Assembly (NCBI GenBank): GCA_031285625.1
Contig: JAITVV010000056.1
Location: 1 to 64,000 of the forward strand
Source of the DNA: Prevotella sp.
Lineage (GTDB): Bacteria; Bacteroidota; Bacteroidia; Bacteroidales; Dysgonomonadaceae
Direction of reading: 5' to 3'
DNA: 64,000 nt
Positions 31,965 through 42,323 of the stretch are shown piece by piece; the stretch's first letter is position 1, and every line of letters begins with the position of its first letter. Made by a program: the position numbers and the translations under genes. The notes beneath the pieces were generated by a model that saw nothing but the letters and a program-made list of their open reading frames with translations, did no database searches and was not told where the DNA came from.

Positions 31965-32783
31965 TTATTTCTTACTATACTTTTTAATCCAATCGAGTAC
32001 CAAATAGCATCCCGGAGCACACACAGCTCCATGGTCGAAACCCTGAAGTTCATTCAATTCTATATTTTTGTTTCCTAAGGATTTTAAGATAGACTCTAAA
32101 TGTGCATTCTCTTCGTATCTTGCTGTCATTTCCAGTTTACGGTCACCTGTTATCAGTAAGGTAGGAGGCAGGTCAGCTCTGGCTTTATTTAAAGGTGAAT
32201 ATTCGTCTACAATCGGAATATTGAGAGGCAGTCCTCTTTCTTTGCGAATTGTATAATGTGTGTTTGTTTGCCCGCTAATGGGTATCAATCCCTTAATATC
32301 ATTTGCATCGACACCAAATTTGTTCAAATAACTTTTATCTAGACCCACCATCAAAGTAAGGTATCCGCCGGCAGAATGCCCTGATATATAAATATCCTTG
32401 ATACTGCCACCATATTTAGCTATGTTATTAAAGGTCCAGGCTATCGACTCAGCCGCATCTTCTATATAAGCAGGGTTAGTAGCTTTAGGACTAAGACGAT
32501 AGTTGACTGCCACAACGGCTACTCCCCTTTCTTTCAACTCATCAGGAATACCCTTTTCACCTCCTTCGAGCCCGCCTCCATGAAACCATACTATAACAGG
32601 AAAATCCTTTTTATCAGTTGGATAATATAGATCCAGTTTACACCGGTCTATGCGATAGGCATCCTTCTCTTGCGAGCCAACATAGGATATATCCTTTTCC
32701 AGTTTATATGTATCCTTTACAGGATTTTGAGCGCTTATAGCCAAAGCGCAGAACCATAAGAGGACAAAGAATGTTTTATTCAT
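31965..32783 (-). CDS. Secreted alpha/beta hydrolase (esterase/lipase)
   Basis: HGGG oxyanion motif, GHSAGG, DHG; signal peptide. Confidence 0.9.
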   Translation of the reverse strand: MNKTFFVLLWFCALAISAQNPVKDTYKLEKDISYVGSQEKDAYRIDRCKLDLYYPTDKKDFPVIVWFHGGGLEGGEKGIPDELKERGVAVVAVNYRLSPKATNPAYIEDAAESIAWTFNNIAKYGGSIKDIYISGHSAGGYLTLMVGLDKSYLNKFGVDANDIKGLIPISGQTNTHYTIRKERGLPLNIPIVDEYSPLNKARADLPPTLLITGDRKLEMTARYEENAHLESILKSLGNKNIELNELQGFDHGAVCAPGCYLVLDWIKKYSKK

Positions 32784-33026
32784 AATGTTATTTTAATTAT
32801 AATTTGTTTTTATGATATATAATTCGAAAATACAGAATAAAAATGATATCATCCTTCAAGCATCAAATATTATTCACAACCAGGAATTAAATTCCTTTTC
32901 TGAATAATCAACAAATCTGTTTTGTATCTTTGTGAGATATGGAATATATATTTGTCTATGTATACTGAGTCAAGTAGATATACGACAAAAAAATGAAAGA
33001 GGAATAGATCGTAAAAGAATTAAATA

Positions 33027-33077
33027 AAAAAGTGACAAATAAAAACAGTAATAAAAGTGTCACCTTTGTCACTTTTT
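33027..33077 (+). repeat. Dispersed ~50-bp imperfect palindromic element, copy B
   Basis: AAAAAGTGACAAAT-N16-GTGTCACCTTTGTCACTTTTT. Confidence 0.7.
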
Positions 33078-33161
33078 ATACATAAATATAACAACATCAA
33101 TAATTTACAATTTTACTAGATTGTTACCTTTTGATAAGATGTAAACACAAAATAGACTCAA

Positions 33162-35261
33162 ATGAAAAAAACAGTATTAATTGCTATGACAGGATTTTCT
33201 ATGCTATTTGCAGGTTGTGGAGGAGCTCAGAAACCTTCCGGCGGACAAACAGAAGCTAACATTGTTAGCGACACTGTACCTGCTGATTTTAAATATGAAG
33301 TAGATGCTTTTGCAGACCTTCAGATCTTACGTTACTATGTTCCCGGATTTAACAATCTCACTCTGGAACAAAAGGAACTGGTTTATTACCTCTCTATGGC
33401 TGCACTGGAAGGCCGCGATATTCTCTATGACCAAAACAATAAATACAATCTGGCTATCCGACGGATACTCGAAGCGATCTATACTAATTATAAAGGCGAT
33501 AAAAATACCAATGACTACAAAGAACTTGAGGTCTATCTTAAACGTGTATGGTTCTCTAATGGCATCCACCATCATTATGGAGAAGAAAAATTCCTACCCG
33601 GATTTTCCAAACAATTTTTTGCAGAGCAAGTGAAGTCACTTCCTGACAATTTGATTCCCAGAGACTGTCGTGCTCAATGTGAATATATATCAGCAGATAA
33701 TTTTATAAAAGTAATTACTCCCGTAATGTTTGATCCGAGAGTAATGGCTAAGAAAGTAAACCAATCCGGTAGTGACCTGATTGCTACATCTGCCAATAAC
33801 TATTATGGTGACGGAGTTACACAAAAAGAGGTGCAGGCTTTTTATGCCGCCATGAAAGATACAACTAACCAGACTCCTGTTTCGTACGGTCTGAATAGCC
33901 GTTTAGTAAAAACCGGAAGCGGCCTGGTTGAAGACGTCTGGAAAGTGGGTGGACTATACTCTCCTGCTATCGAAAAAATTGTTGGCTGGCTGGAGAAAGC
34001 CCAAGGTGTAGCCGAAAATGAAAAGCAAAAAGAGGTTATAACAAAACTTATCTCTTATTATAAAACAGGAGACTTAAAAACCTTTGACCAATATGCTATT
34101 GCATGGGTGGAAGATCTTAACTCTCAGGTGGACTTTGTAAATGGTTTCACCGAAGTATACGGCGATCCGCTGGGAATCAAAGCCAGTTGGGAATCTATCG
34201 TTAATTTTAAAAATGTGGAGGCTACAAAACGTACTGAGATCATAAGTACAAACGCTCAGTGGTTTGAAGACCACTCTCCTGTAGACAAACGTTTCAAGAA
34301 AGAGAGTGTAAAAGGAGTTTCGGCAAAAGTGATCACGGTTGCTCAACTTGGGGGAGACTGCTATCCTGCAACGCCTATAGGCATTAATCTCCCGAATGCA
34401 GACTGGATACGTAAAGAACATGGTTCTAAATCGGTTACGATAGAGAACATAATGGAAGCTTATGATGCTGCCGGAGCACATACCGGATTCAACGAAGAAT
34501 TTATGTGGTCTGATGCAGAAGTAAGCCTGATAAAGAAATATGGTTTTATTACAGATGTATTGCATACAGATTTGCATGAGTGCCTGGGACATGGTTCGGG
34601 TAAATTATTGCCTGAAGTTGATCCGAATGCACTGGGCGAATTTAGTTCTACAATAGAGGAAACCCGTGCAGATTTATTCGGATTGTATTTTCTCGCCGAT
34701 ACTAAACTATTGGATTTAGGCATCATTCCTAATGCAGAAGCGTATAAAGCTGAATATTATAAATTTATGATGAATGGCCTTATGACCCAATTAGTACGTA
34801 TCGAACCGGGAAAGAACATTGAGGAGTCACATATGCGCAATCGTCAGCTAATTGCTAAGTGGGTTTTTGAGAAAGGAAAAGTAGATAATGTTATTGAGTT
34901 TAAAGTAAAAGACAACAAAACATATGTGGTAATCAATGATTACAATAAATTACGCACATTATTTGGAGACTTATTAGCTGAAATCCAACGGATAAAATCG
35001 GAAGGAGACTTTAAGGGAGCAAAAGCAATTGTTGAAAACTATGCTGTAAAAGTAGATCAGAAATTACATAAAGAAATTCTGAACCGTTATAAAACGTTAA
35101 ACATGAAACCATACAAGGGTTTTGTGAATCCTGTTTTTGAACTGGCAAAAGACAACGATGGCAAAATTACAGATATAAAGATATCATATAGTGAAGGTTA
35201 TGCAGAGCAGATGTTACGCTACTCTAAAGAATTTTCTACTTTACCAACCAATAACGATTAA
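33162..35261 (+). CDS. Dipeptidyl peptidase III (M49), lipoprotein
   Basis: HECLGH and EETRAD zinc motifs, GINLPN; lipobox FAGC. Confidence 0.95.
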   Translation: MKKTVLIAMTGFSMLFAGCGGAQKPSGGQTEANIVSDTVPADFKYEVDAFADLQILRYYVPGFNNLTLEQKELVYYLSMAALEGRDILYDQNNKYNLAIRRILEAIYTNYKGDKNTNDYKELEVYLKRVWFSNGIHHHYGEEKFLPGFSKQFFAEQVKSLPDNLIPRDCRAQCEYISADNFIKVITPVMFDPRVMAKKVNQSGSDLIATSANNYYGDGVTQKEVQAFYAAMKDTTNQTPVSYGLNSRLVKTGSGLVEDVWKVGGLYSPAIEKIVGWLEKAQGVAENEKQKEVITKLISYYKTGDLKTFDQYAIAWVEDLNSQVDFVNGFTEVYGDPLGIKASWESIVNFKNVEATKRTEIISTNAQWFEDHSPVDKRFKKESVKGVSAKVITVAQLGGDCYPATPIGINLPNADWIRKEHGSKSVTIENIMEAYDAAGAHTGFNEEFMWSDAEVSLIKKYGFITDVLHTDLHECLGHGSGKLLPEVDPNALGEFSSTIEETRADLFGLYFLADTKLLDLGIIPNAEAYKAEYYKFMMNGLMTQLVRIEPGKNIEESHMRNRQLIAKWVFEKGKVDNVIEFKVKDNKTYVVINDYNKLRTLFGDLLAEIQRIKSEGDFKGAKAIVENYAVKVDQKLHKEILNRYKTLNMKPYKGFVNPVFELAKDNDGKITDIKISYSEGYAEQMLRYSKEFSTLPTNND

Positions 35262-35275
35262 ATTCTTAATAGTTT

Positions 35276-35309
35276 AAAAAACCGGATAATCTATTTATCC
35301 GGTTTTTTT
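35276..35309 (+). terminator. Intrinsic terminator
   Basis: AAAAAACCGGATAA-TCTAT-TTATCCGGTTTTTT. Confidence 0.85.
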
Positions 35310-35348
35310 ATTTCTATATTTGTCTCATAGAATTCTATTAGCATAAAT

Positions 35349-36404
35349 ATGAAAAACATTCTAACACTCCTCCTCTTTTGTGTATACTTCTCATCAATCT
35401 ACAGTCAGACAAAAGAAGAAAAAGCTTATGAAAAAGGCAAAGAAGCCGTTCAACTCATGGATAAAGGCAAGATAGACGAAAGTCTTATATTATTACAAGA
35501 GGCCCGGAAACTGGACTCCAGAAGTTTTGACTATCCTTATGAAATGGCATATGCTTATTGCCTGAAAGAAGACTATAATGAAGCTATAAAAATACTGAAG
35601 AAAATAGAGAAACATAAAGACGTATCTGACATGTTATATCAGATGCTTGGAAATTGCTATGACTATTTGGGCGATAGCAATGAAGCAGTAAAAACATATG
35701 AAAAAGGCCTGAAAAAATTTCCCGATTCAGGATGCTTGAATCTCGAAATGGGAAATATGCAAATGGCACAAAACAATTATGAGAAAGCTCTTTATTACTT
35801 CGAAAACGGGATAGATGCTGACCCTTCATTTCCTTCAAACTATTACTGGGCAACTAAACTATTCTGCGATTCGGAAGACGAGGTATGGGGCATGATATAT
35901 GGAGAAATATTCATGAACCTTGAACGCAATAGCCCCCGCACAGTAGAGATTAGTAAATTACTACACGACACCTATATCAATGAGATTAAGGTATTAAGTG
36001 ATTCGTCCATATCTGTCAGCTTCAGTAAAAACAATACAATAAATCCATACAATGTAAAACTTCCTTTTGGAGTTGGAATCTATGAACCCGTATTAATGTT
36101 ATCCATCGCTTCTATCAAAGATATAAATATGAATACCTTAAATAAGGTCCGCTCAAATTTTATAGATATATACTACAGTAAGAATTTAGATGAAACTCAT
36201 CCCAATGTTTTGTTTGCATACCAGAAAAAAGTAAAACAGGCAGGACATATGGATGCCTACAACCATTGGATATTAATGCAAGGAGACACTCACGGTTTTC
36301 TGGAATGGAAACTTGCTAATGAAGACAAATGGAATAAATTTCTGGACTGGTTTCTATTAAACCCCATAAAGCTGGATCAAAAGAACAAATTCCTTAGAGA
36401 CTAA
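35349..36404 (+). CDS. Secreted TPR-repeat protein
   Basis: Signal peptide; TPR patterns (LGNCYDYLG..EAVKTYEKGL). Confidence 0.8.
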   Translation: MKNILTLLLFCVYFSSIYSQTKEEKAYEKGKEAVQLMDKGKIDESLILLQEARKLDSRSFDYPYEMAYAYCLKEDYNEAIKILKKIEKHKDVSDMLYQMLGNCYDYLGDSNEAVKTYEKGLKKFPDSGCLNLEMGNMQMAQNNYEKALYYFENGIDADPSFPSNYYWATKLFCDSEDEVWGMIYGEIFMNLERNSPRTVEISKLLHDTYINEIKVLSDSSISVSFSKNNTINPYNVKLPFGVGIYEPVLMLSIASIKDINMNTLNKVRSNFIDIYYSKNLDETHPNVLFAYQKKVKQAGHMDAYNHWILMQGDTHGFLEWKLANEDKWNKFLDWFLLNPIKLDQKNKFLRD

Positions 36405-36407
36405 TAC

Positions 36408-37061
36408 CTAGAATAACTGGAACTTAAGTCCAAAAGACAATCTCAGATAATCGGTTGGTTTCAGATATGAATTTGAGAAAGCACTCACCATATATAAGTC
36501 ATTTGTGCTCAATTCATAAAACAGGGAAACGGATTTAGCAAAGAAACGTCTGTTCTCTGGTATTTTATACCCAATACGTTGTCCGATATAAATATTAAAT
36601 CTCATCCTCGTTGAAAACGAATAATACCCATTAGGATACTTATCAGGTTCGCTCACCCAAAAATCGCCATTAAATATTGTATTTACGTATAGGCCGCAAG
36701 CCAGAGGCTCCAGAAAAAAATCATTATCCTTACCCAAATCTACTTTCCAGGGTATGAAGTTTTGCTTTAGGGTGAATGTTACCTTATTCTCTTTGGTAGA
36801 GTAACGAGGCAGAAATCCAAGAAAAACATCAGTTTCCCATTGATTATTTTTTCCATAATCCCATCCTGCACCAAGGGAAATAAGTCCCATTCCCCCTGCA
36901 TATTGTATTTTTGTATGGGTCGGAATCAACCGAATCCATTGATTCTGATATTTTTCTATGCGCCTGTCATAGCCATTTTGAGCATATGTAAAAAAAGGAA
37001 GAAATAACAAGAAAAGGATGAGAACTATCTTATGCTTAAAAGCCAACCACTTCATATTCAT
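36408..37061 (-). CDS. Conserved hypothetical exported/outer-membrane protein
   Basis: Signal peptide, amphipathic strands, terminal LSFGLKFQLF; coupled to the phosphoesterase gene. Confidence 0.7.
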   Translation of the reverse strand: MNMKWLAFKHKIVLILFLLFLPFFTYAQNGYDRRIEKYQNQWIRLIPTHTKIQYAGGMGLISLGAGWDYGKNNQWETDVFLGFLPRYSTKENKVTFTLKQNFIPWKVDLGKDNDFFLEPLACGLYVNTIFNGDFWVSEPDKYPNGYYSFSTRMRFNIYIGQRIGYKIPENRRFFAKSVSLFYELSTNDLYMVSAFSNSYLKPTDYLRLSFGLKFQLF

Positions 37062-37842
37062 ATGTATTATCCGAATTTAATGTAAAAAGAAGATATTGGC
37101 GTTTTGCAACATTTGGTGTACCATAATAAATAACTCCATCATCAAAGAGATCATCCACTGCAAGATTATGATCATGCGCATTCAGACAAAACTGGAGATT
37201 AGGGTATTCTTTTATATAACGTTGAAATACATTTGCCACATTATTATTGAACTGTTCCGAAAAAGGGCGTACATGCATTGCCAGTACTGTTTTTTCATAT
37301 TCATCACGTCGTGATTCATATTCTTGTTCGATAAACTGAAAGTCCGGAACGGGGAGGGAGTAATCGAATTCCAGAGCATTTGTATTCAAGCAGATAAATT
37401 TTGTTTTACCAGCAACAAAAGAAAAATTTTCTCTACCAAATACTCTACGGAATACTTCCAGACCATTAGCTAAACAGTCGTGATTACCTAACAATACCAC
37501 ATAGGGAACAGATAGTTTATTCAATATATCCCGTTGCCATAAGAATTCTTTCGTAAGTCCAAAATCTGCGACATCTCCTCCATGTATCAGAAAGTCAATA
37601 TCATTTCTTCCGTTCAGACTTTTTACAAAGTCTTCTGTTTCATTATACCAACGTTGTGTATCGCCTGTCAATGCGAAGCGGATAGATGTTTTGTCTTTAC
37701 ATGCCTTTTCGATCCGTGCTATATTCTTATTATTTATATCTGTTTCGCCTGTAACCCTGCCATCATAAGGGTGGTATTCTATCATTTCACATGATTGGAA
37801 GATTGTTGCGAAGACGAATAGCGAAAAAATAACCTTATTCAT
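37036..37842 (-). CDS. Metallophosphoesterase lipoprotein
   Basis: GDTQ, GGDVAD, GNHD, MH, AHDH calcineurin-like motifs; lipobox FQSC. Confidence 0.9.
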   Translation of the reverse strand: MNKVIFSLFVFATIFQSCEMIEYHPYDGRVTGETDINNKNIARIEKACKDKTSIRFALTGDTQRWYNETEDFVKSLNGRNDIDFLIHGGDVADFGLTKEFLWQRDILNKLSVPYVVLLGNHDCLANGLEVFRRVFGRENFSFVAGKTKFICLNTNALEFDYSLPVPDFQFIEQEYESRRDEYEKTVLAMHVRPFSEQFNNNVANVFQRYIKEYPNLQFCLNAHDHNLAVDDLFDDGVIYYGTPNVAKRQYLLFTLNSDNTYEYEVVGF

Positions 37843-38045
37843 AGTTCTATTTTATCATGCAATGATATCCATAATAAAGTGCAGTTTATTATTTTATATA
37901 CATTGAAATCTTTATCCTGCTTTCTTTTTAATAATTTTTTCACAAAAATATACATAAATTACGAATTAACGCTATTGTTTTATTTTTATCAATATTGCAT
38001 TGCAACTAAATAAATCGCCTATCTTTATTCTCAAAAGGAAAAAAT

Positions 38046-38324
38046 ATGAAACTGAAAGAAGAACAAAAAAATAAGTCAGTACTCACCACTAGTTATGTTT
38101 TAACTAATGGCTCTCCCGTGACGTTTGTCCTATATGACGAAGATGGCGATTGGCAACTGTTTGGAGAGGATGAGGTGAATGAAGATGAAGATGCATATCT
38201 TGTTTCTGTAGATGAAATATTAGAAATGGAGCCCATTCTCCGAAAACTACCTGATCTACAACCCGGGCAAGCAGCTTCACGTGAAAAAGACAGCACGCGA
38301 TGGTTTATTGTCGAGGATGAATAG
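38046..38324 (+). CDS. Small acidic hypothetical protein (DUF2185-like)
   Basis: D.DGDWQ, VS..EIL..EP pattern. Confidence 0.55.
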   Translation: MKLKEEQKNKSVLTTSYVLTNGSPVTFVLYDEDGDWQLFGEDEVNEDEDAYLVSVDEILEMEPILRKLPDLQPGQAASREKDSTRWFIVEDE

Positions 38325-38516
38325 ATTATTTTTTGCGATTTATCATGCCTTATATTATTTCTTAAAGGAATTATATAGCCTTGTTCCTTAAAATTGATTA
38401 TTTTTGCGTCGCTGAACTAAATAATGTGACTTCTCTTGCAGGTAGAGATGTTTGGCTTATGCCCAAATCCTATATATAAGCTTGTAGAGCTCAATCTTAC
38501 AAAATAACGCGCTGAT

Positions 38517-39701
38517 ATGATCTTACACTTGGTACATGATGAAAAAATTATCAATAGAACCATTGATGTATTCGAAACTGTATTTCCTAAAGAAAATTTA
38601 TTTGTAGTATTCACCCGTAAAAAGTTCAAATTTGTACGGGAAGGCAAAAATATATTTGCTTATCAGGATTTTGAGAAAAATAAAGAAGACTTTAAAGTCA
38701 CAGCCATCATTATCCACTATATGAATAGCCGGAAGATGGACTTTGTTAATAAGCTATATCCACCCAGAATACCCGTATACTGGATCATTTGGGGAGCAGA
38801 TTTATACAATAAGCTTTTAGAGCCTAAAGGCTTCGAAATGATCGATAAAAAAAGCGCTTATCAATCTCGTAATCTTACAAAGATTTTATCATTACCTTAT
38901 AATAAGATAAGAGAGAAAGTAAGAACAAAAAAGAACATTAAATTCATAAATGAAAGGGTCAACTATATTGTAACAGACACTACAGAGAATGATTATGATA
39001 TGTTGATTCAATATTATCCTCAGTTAAGACATATACCCTGGAAAGATTTCTTTTACTATCCAATCGATGTCGTATTAGGAGAAGAGCTAATCGAAAAATA
39101 TATTGACGGTGACAATATACAGATAGGAAACTCAGCTTCCCTAACCAATAATCACGAATATGCTATAAACATTTTATCGAAACTCAATATAAAGAATCGA
39201 AAAGTGATAATCCCACTCAGTTACTCTGGAAGTGAAAGTTATAAGAAATATGTTATAAATTGTGGCAACAAGTTAATAGGAAATAATTTCACCCCTCTCA
39301 CAGATTTTATACCTTTACAAGAGTATAATAAACTCTTAACAAGCATCAATGTTGCAATTTATGGGAACTGGAGACAAGAGGCTATCGGTAATATAATCAT
39401 ATCATTGTATTTGGGAGCAAAGGTATTCTTATCATATCGTACTCCGGTACTACAATGGGCACAAAACCATAATCTAATTGTTTTCGAACTGGAAAAAATA
39501 ACCCAAAATGATATTGATACACCGCTGAGCAGAGAGGACAAGGAACATAACAGACAGATACTTCTGAAATTATACAATAAAGAAAGACTATATAAATTGA
39601 TAAAAGACGGTTTTAAGGAGAAAAAACATGAGAAAATTAATAATCTGGCTATTCCTATTAGGAATGCTAAATATGCACGCTCAAACTACAGAAAAAAATA
39701 A
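38517..39701 (+). CDS. WecF-like (GT56) TDP-N-acetylfucosamine transferase homologue
   Basis: WGADLY, IGNSAS..NNH, PLSY, RQEAIGN..LYLG.KV. Confidence 0.8.
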   Translation: MILHLVHDEKIINRTIDVFETVFPKENLFVVFTRKKFKFVREGKNIFAYQDFEKNKEDFKVTAIIIHYMNSRKMDFVNKLYPPRIPVYWIIWGADLYNKLLEPKGFEMIDKKSAYQSRNLTKILSLPYNKIREKVRTKKNIKFINERVNYIVTDTTENDYDMLIQYYPQLRHIPWKDFFYYPIDVVLGEELIEKYIDGDNIQIGNSASLTNNHEYAINILSKLNIKNRKVIIPLSYSGSESYKKYVINCGNKLIGNNFTPLTDFIPLQEYNKLLTSINVAIYGNWRQEAIGNIIISLYLGAKVFLSYRTPVLQWAQNHNLIVFELEKITQNDIDTPLSREDKEHNRQILLKLYNKERLYKLIKDGFKEKKHEKINNLAIPIRNAKYARSNYRKK

Positions 39702-40392
39702 ATATACCATCTTGTTAACAGGAGCATCATTTGCCTCATCAAATAACGGATGGTTTGAATTAGGATGTAAAGAATTAGATGCAACGCCAATTAATAGAGC
39801 TGTAGGTGCCGAAGCTATTGCAGATGCTGCAAATAAGATCGCAACAGATAGCCTGTACAGCAAGGAAGAGCTTGAAGAAATAGATGCACTAGTTATTATG
39901 CATGTACACGACAAGGATGTTGCAAGTGAAGTCGGATTAAAGAAGAGTTTTAAAGATTATCCGATACCATTCGACAGATCCAATTATGCTGCCGCCTATG
40001 ACTATCTGATAAAAAAATACATTTCGGAGTGCTACAATCTAAAATTTACTAAAAACTCAAAATATTATGGTACTCCCAGTGGAAAACCGGCAATCATTAT
40101 TTTATGTACACACTGGCACGATGCACGTACAATTTTTAATCCTGCAATTCGCAAATTAGGAGCAAGATGGGGATTCCCTGTAGTAGAGTTTGATAAATAT
40201 GTTGGTTTCTCTAAAAACGTATTGCATCCTGTAACAGGTAAACAATATAGTATCCTTTATGCCCATAATAATGAAACCATGAATGGAGTAGAATATGGAT
40301 GGCATCCTTATGAAGGTCAAAATCAATATATACAGCAACGTATGGCTGCCATATTTGCCGACTTAATGAAAAAAGTTCTACCTTTGAAGTAG
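39628..40392 (+). CDS. DUF5040-like / SGNH-fold secreted protein
   Basis: Signal peptide, LTGASFA..NGWFE, MHVHD, CTHWHDAR, GWHP. Confidence 0.65.
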   Translation: MRKLIIWLFLLGMLNMHAQTTEKNKYTILLTGASFASSNNGWFELGCKELDATPINRAVGAEAIADAANKIATDSLYSKEELEEIDALVIMHVHDKDVASEVGLKKSFKDYPIPFDRSNYAAAYDYLIKKYISECYNLKFTKNSKYYGTPSGKPAIIILCTHWHDARTIFNPAIRKLGARWGFPVVEFDKYVGFSKNVLHPVTGKQYSILYAHNNETMNGVEYGWHPYEGQNQYIQQRMAAIFADLMKKVLPLK

Positions 40393-40393
40393 T

Positions 40394-41023
40394 ATGTTAT
40401 ACTTTAAGAATTATATAACTGATTCAACATTATTAGGAATATGGAAAGTAGATGAAGACCGCACAGAGCTACTTTCTCAACTATCTCATCATGAGTGGAT
40501 TCAAAGCATATACTCTATTCGTTCCGAATCGCGTGTACTTGAAATATTATCTGCCCGTATATTGATAAAGGAACTTGTAGGAGAAGAAAAGCAGGTACAA
40601 TATAATGTTACTGGCAAACCTTTTTTAACTGATAAGTCATATCATATCAGTGTATCACATACAAAAAAATATGTAGCAGTTGTCATTAACAAAGAGAAGC
40701 CTATAGGACTCGATATAGAATATATTTCCGAAAAAATAAGGCGGGTTCAAAGCCGCGTCATATCAGCTGATGAATATATTGATCCCTGCAACGAATTAAT
40801 ACATCTCTTACTTCATTGGTCTGCCAAAGAAGCTATGTTTAAATTTCTCGATGAAGAAGGGGTTGATTTTCGCAAAAATTTATTTATTAGCAGATTTACA
40901 CCCGAAGAGGAAGGTGCATTCTCTGCATTTGAGACCAAAACAAAGCAAAATATCCACTTTAATGCCTATTATAAGGTTGGAAACGAGTTTGTGATGGTTT
41001 GTATAGAGAATGCCGATAAATAA
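40394..41023 (+). CDS. 4'-phosphopantetheinyl transferase (Sfp-type)
   Basis: GKP, ISVSHT, IGLDIE, WSAKEA. Confidence 0.9.
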   Translation: MLYFKNYITDSTLLGIWKVDEDRTELLSQLSHHEWIQSIYSIRSESRVLEILSARILIKELVGEEKQVQYNVTGKPFLTDKSYHISVSHTKKYVAVVINKEKPIGLDIEYISEKIRRVQSRVISADEYIDPCNELIHLLLHWSAKEAMFKFLDEEGVDFRKNLFISRFTPEEEGAFSAFETKTKQNIHFNAYYKVGNEFVMVCIENADK

Positions 41024-41125
41024 ATTGAATTATATAGATTTAAAACATTTATAAGTGAGTATGCGTTTAATCCTCCGGAATTAACGCTTACATTTTTTTA
41101 CACTTTATATAACAAAATAGACAAA

Positions 41126-42316
41126 ATGAATAACTATTATAAGAAGTTAATTTCTCTATTGATAATCATATTAGCAACCCAAAACACATTGGTTGGGCAA
41201 GTTACTATAGGATCAGACAATTCTCCTGCAGCCGGAGCTTTACTCCATCTTAAGGAGGATGAAGGGATCGGTATTAATTCAAAAAAGGGCTTAAACATGC
41301 CTCGGGTAACAATGACCACCACAACCCCTCTTGTAGGACAACTCGCTCAATCTATCGGATCATCGGGCACATGGGACGAAGCTGATCACATCGGGCTGGT
41401 AGTTTATAATACGAATAAATGTGTAAACAGCACAGGGATGGATGATGGTCTGTATGTTTGGAATGGCACACAATGGAAAATCATGCCACACCCAACCACC
41501 TCAAGTGAGGTACAAAGTTATACAGACACCCGGGATAACGAAGTCTACCTTTATCGCTCTTTTGGTAATGAGGCAGGTATTTGGATGCTCGAGAATATGC
41601 GCTATATTGATAATAGTTTCACGGCTAGCGCCGGTAGTTCGAGCCCTACAGACAGGCTATATACCTATCCCAATGCAAACCCAGCAACTTCAGATACAAA
41701 ACCTTCTACTTGGGAAAGAAGGCAAGGATTAATCTATTCATATGCTGCTGCTACCCTTGGTGTACAAGACGGATTAAATGTAAATCAAGCTGAAGGGCAA
41801 GGCACTCAGGGACCTGCAACTCCTATCCAGGGTATATGCCCCGCTGGCTGGCATATTCCCAGTGACAGTGAATGGAATCAACTGGAAAAGGAAATCTACA
41901 ATAACCCTCAAAAATATAGTAGTTATACGAGTCCGGGACAATTTAATCCCACGTCATGGAACGACGCATGGAATACCACATATTCTTCGCGCGGTTCAGA
42001 CAACGAGAATGGTCATGGCCTTGCCATGCAATCCCCGTGCCAATTACCCGGAGCCTCAGGCATCACCAGTGGAACCAGTCTTCCGGCCTCACAAGGAGGG
42101 TTTAATGTTTTACTTGTAGGACGCGCAAATGGAGGATCAGTAACATCCTATGGTAACTATGCCAATTTTTGGTGCAGCAGTGTCAGTGGTAGCGACAACG
42201 CATGGTTCCGCTTTCTGAACAGACTACCACTGGGAGCGAATTATCCTCCTCAGCAAATAGAAAGAGCTAGCACTAGCCGTCAGTACCTATTCTCAGTGCG
42301 CTGTAAAAAGGATTAG
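41126..42316 (+). CDS. Secreted FISUMP (Fibrobacter succinogenes major paralogous) domain protein
   Basis: DTRDNEVY, WMLENMRY, QGICPAGWHIPSDSEW, GF..L..G, FW.SS, FSVRC. Confidence 0.85.
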   Translation: MNNYYKKLISLLIIILATQNTLVGQVTIGSDNSPAAGALLHLKEDEGIGINSKKGLNMPRVTMTTTTPLVGQLAQSIGSSGTWDEADHIGLVVYNTNKCVNSTGMDDGLYVWNGTQWKIMPHPTTSSEVQSYTDTRDNEVYLYRSFGNEAGIWMLENMRYIDNSFTASAGSSSPTDRLYTYPNANPATSDTKPSTWERRQGLIYSYAAATLGVQDGLNVNQAEGQGTQGPATPIQGICPAGWHIPSDSEWNQLEKEIYNNPQKYSSYTSPGQFNPTSWNDAWNTTYSSRGSDNENGHGLAMQSPCQLPGASGITSGTSLPASQGGFNVLLVGRANGGSVTSYGNYANFWCSSVSGSDNAWFRFLNRLPLGANYPPQQIERASTSRQYLFSVRCKKD

Positions 42317-42323
42317 TATAGTA

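Noticed and set aside
38412-38516. Three short hairpins upstream of the WecF-like gene as a riboswitch
   Set aside because: Stems are only 5-7 bp, with no recognisable aptamer consensus or expression platform.
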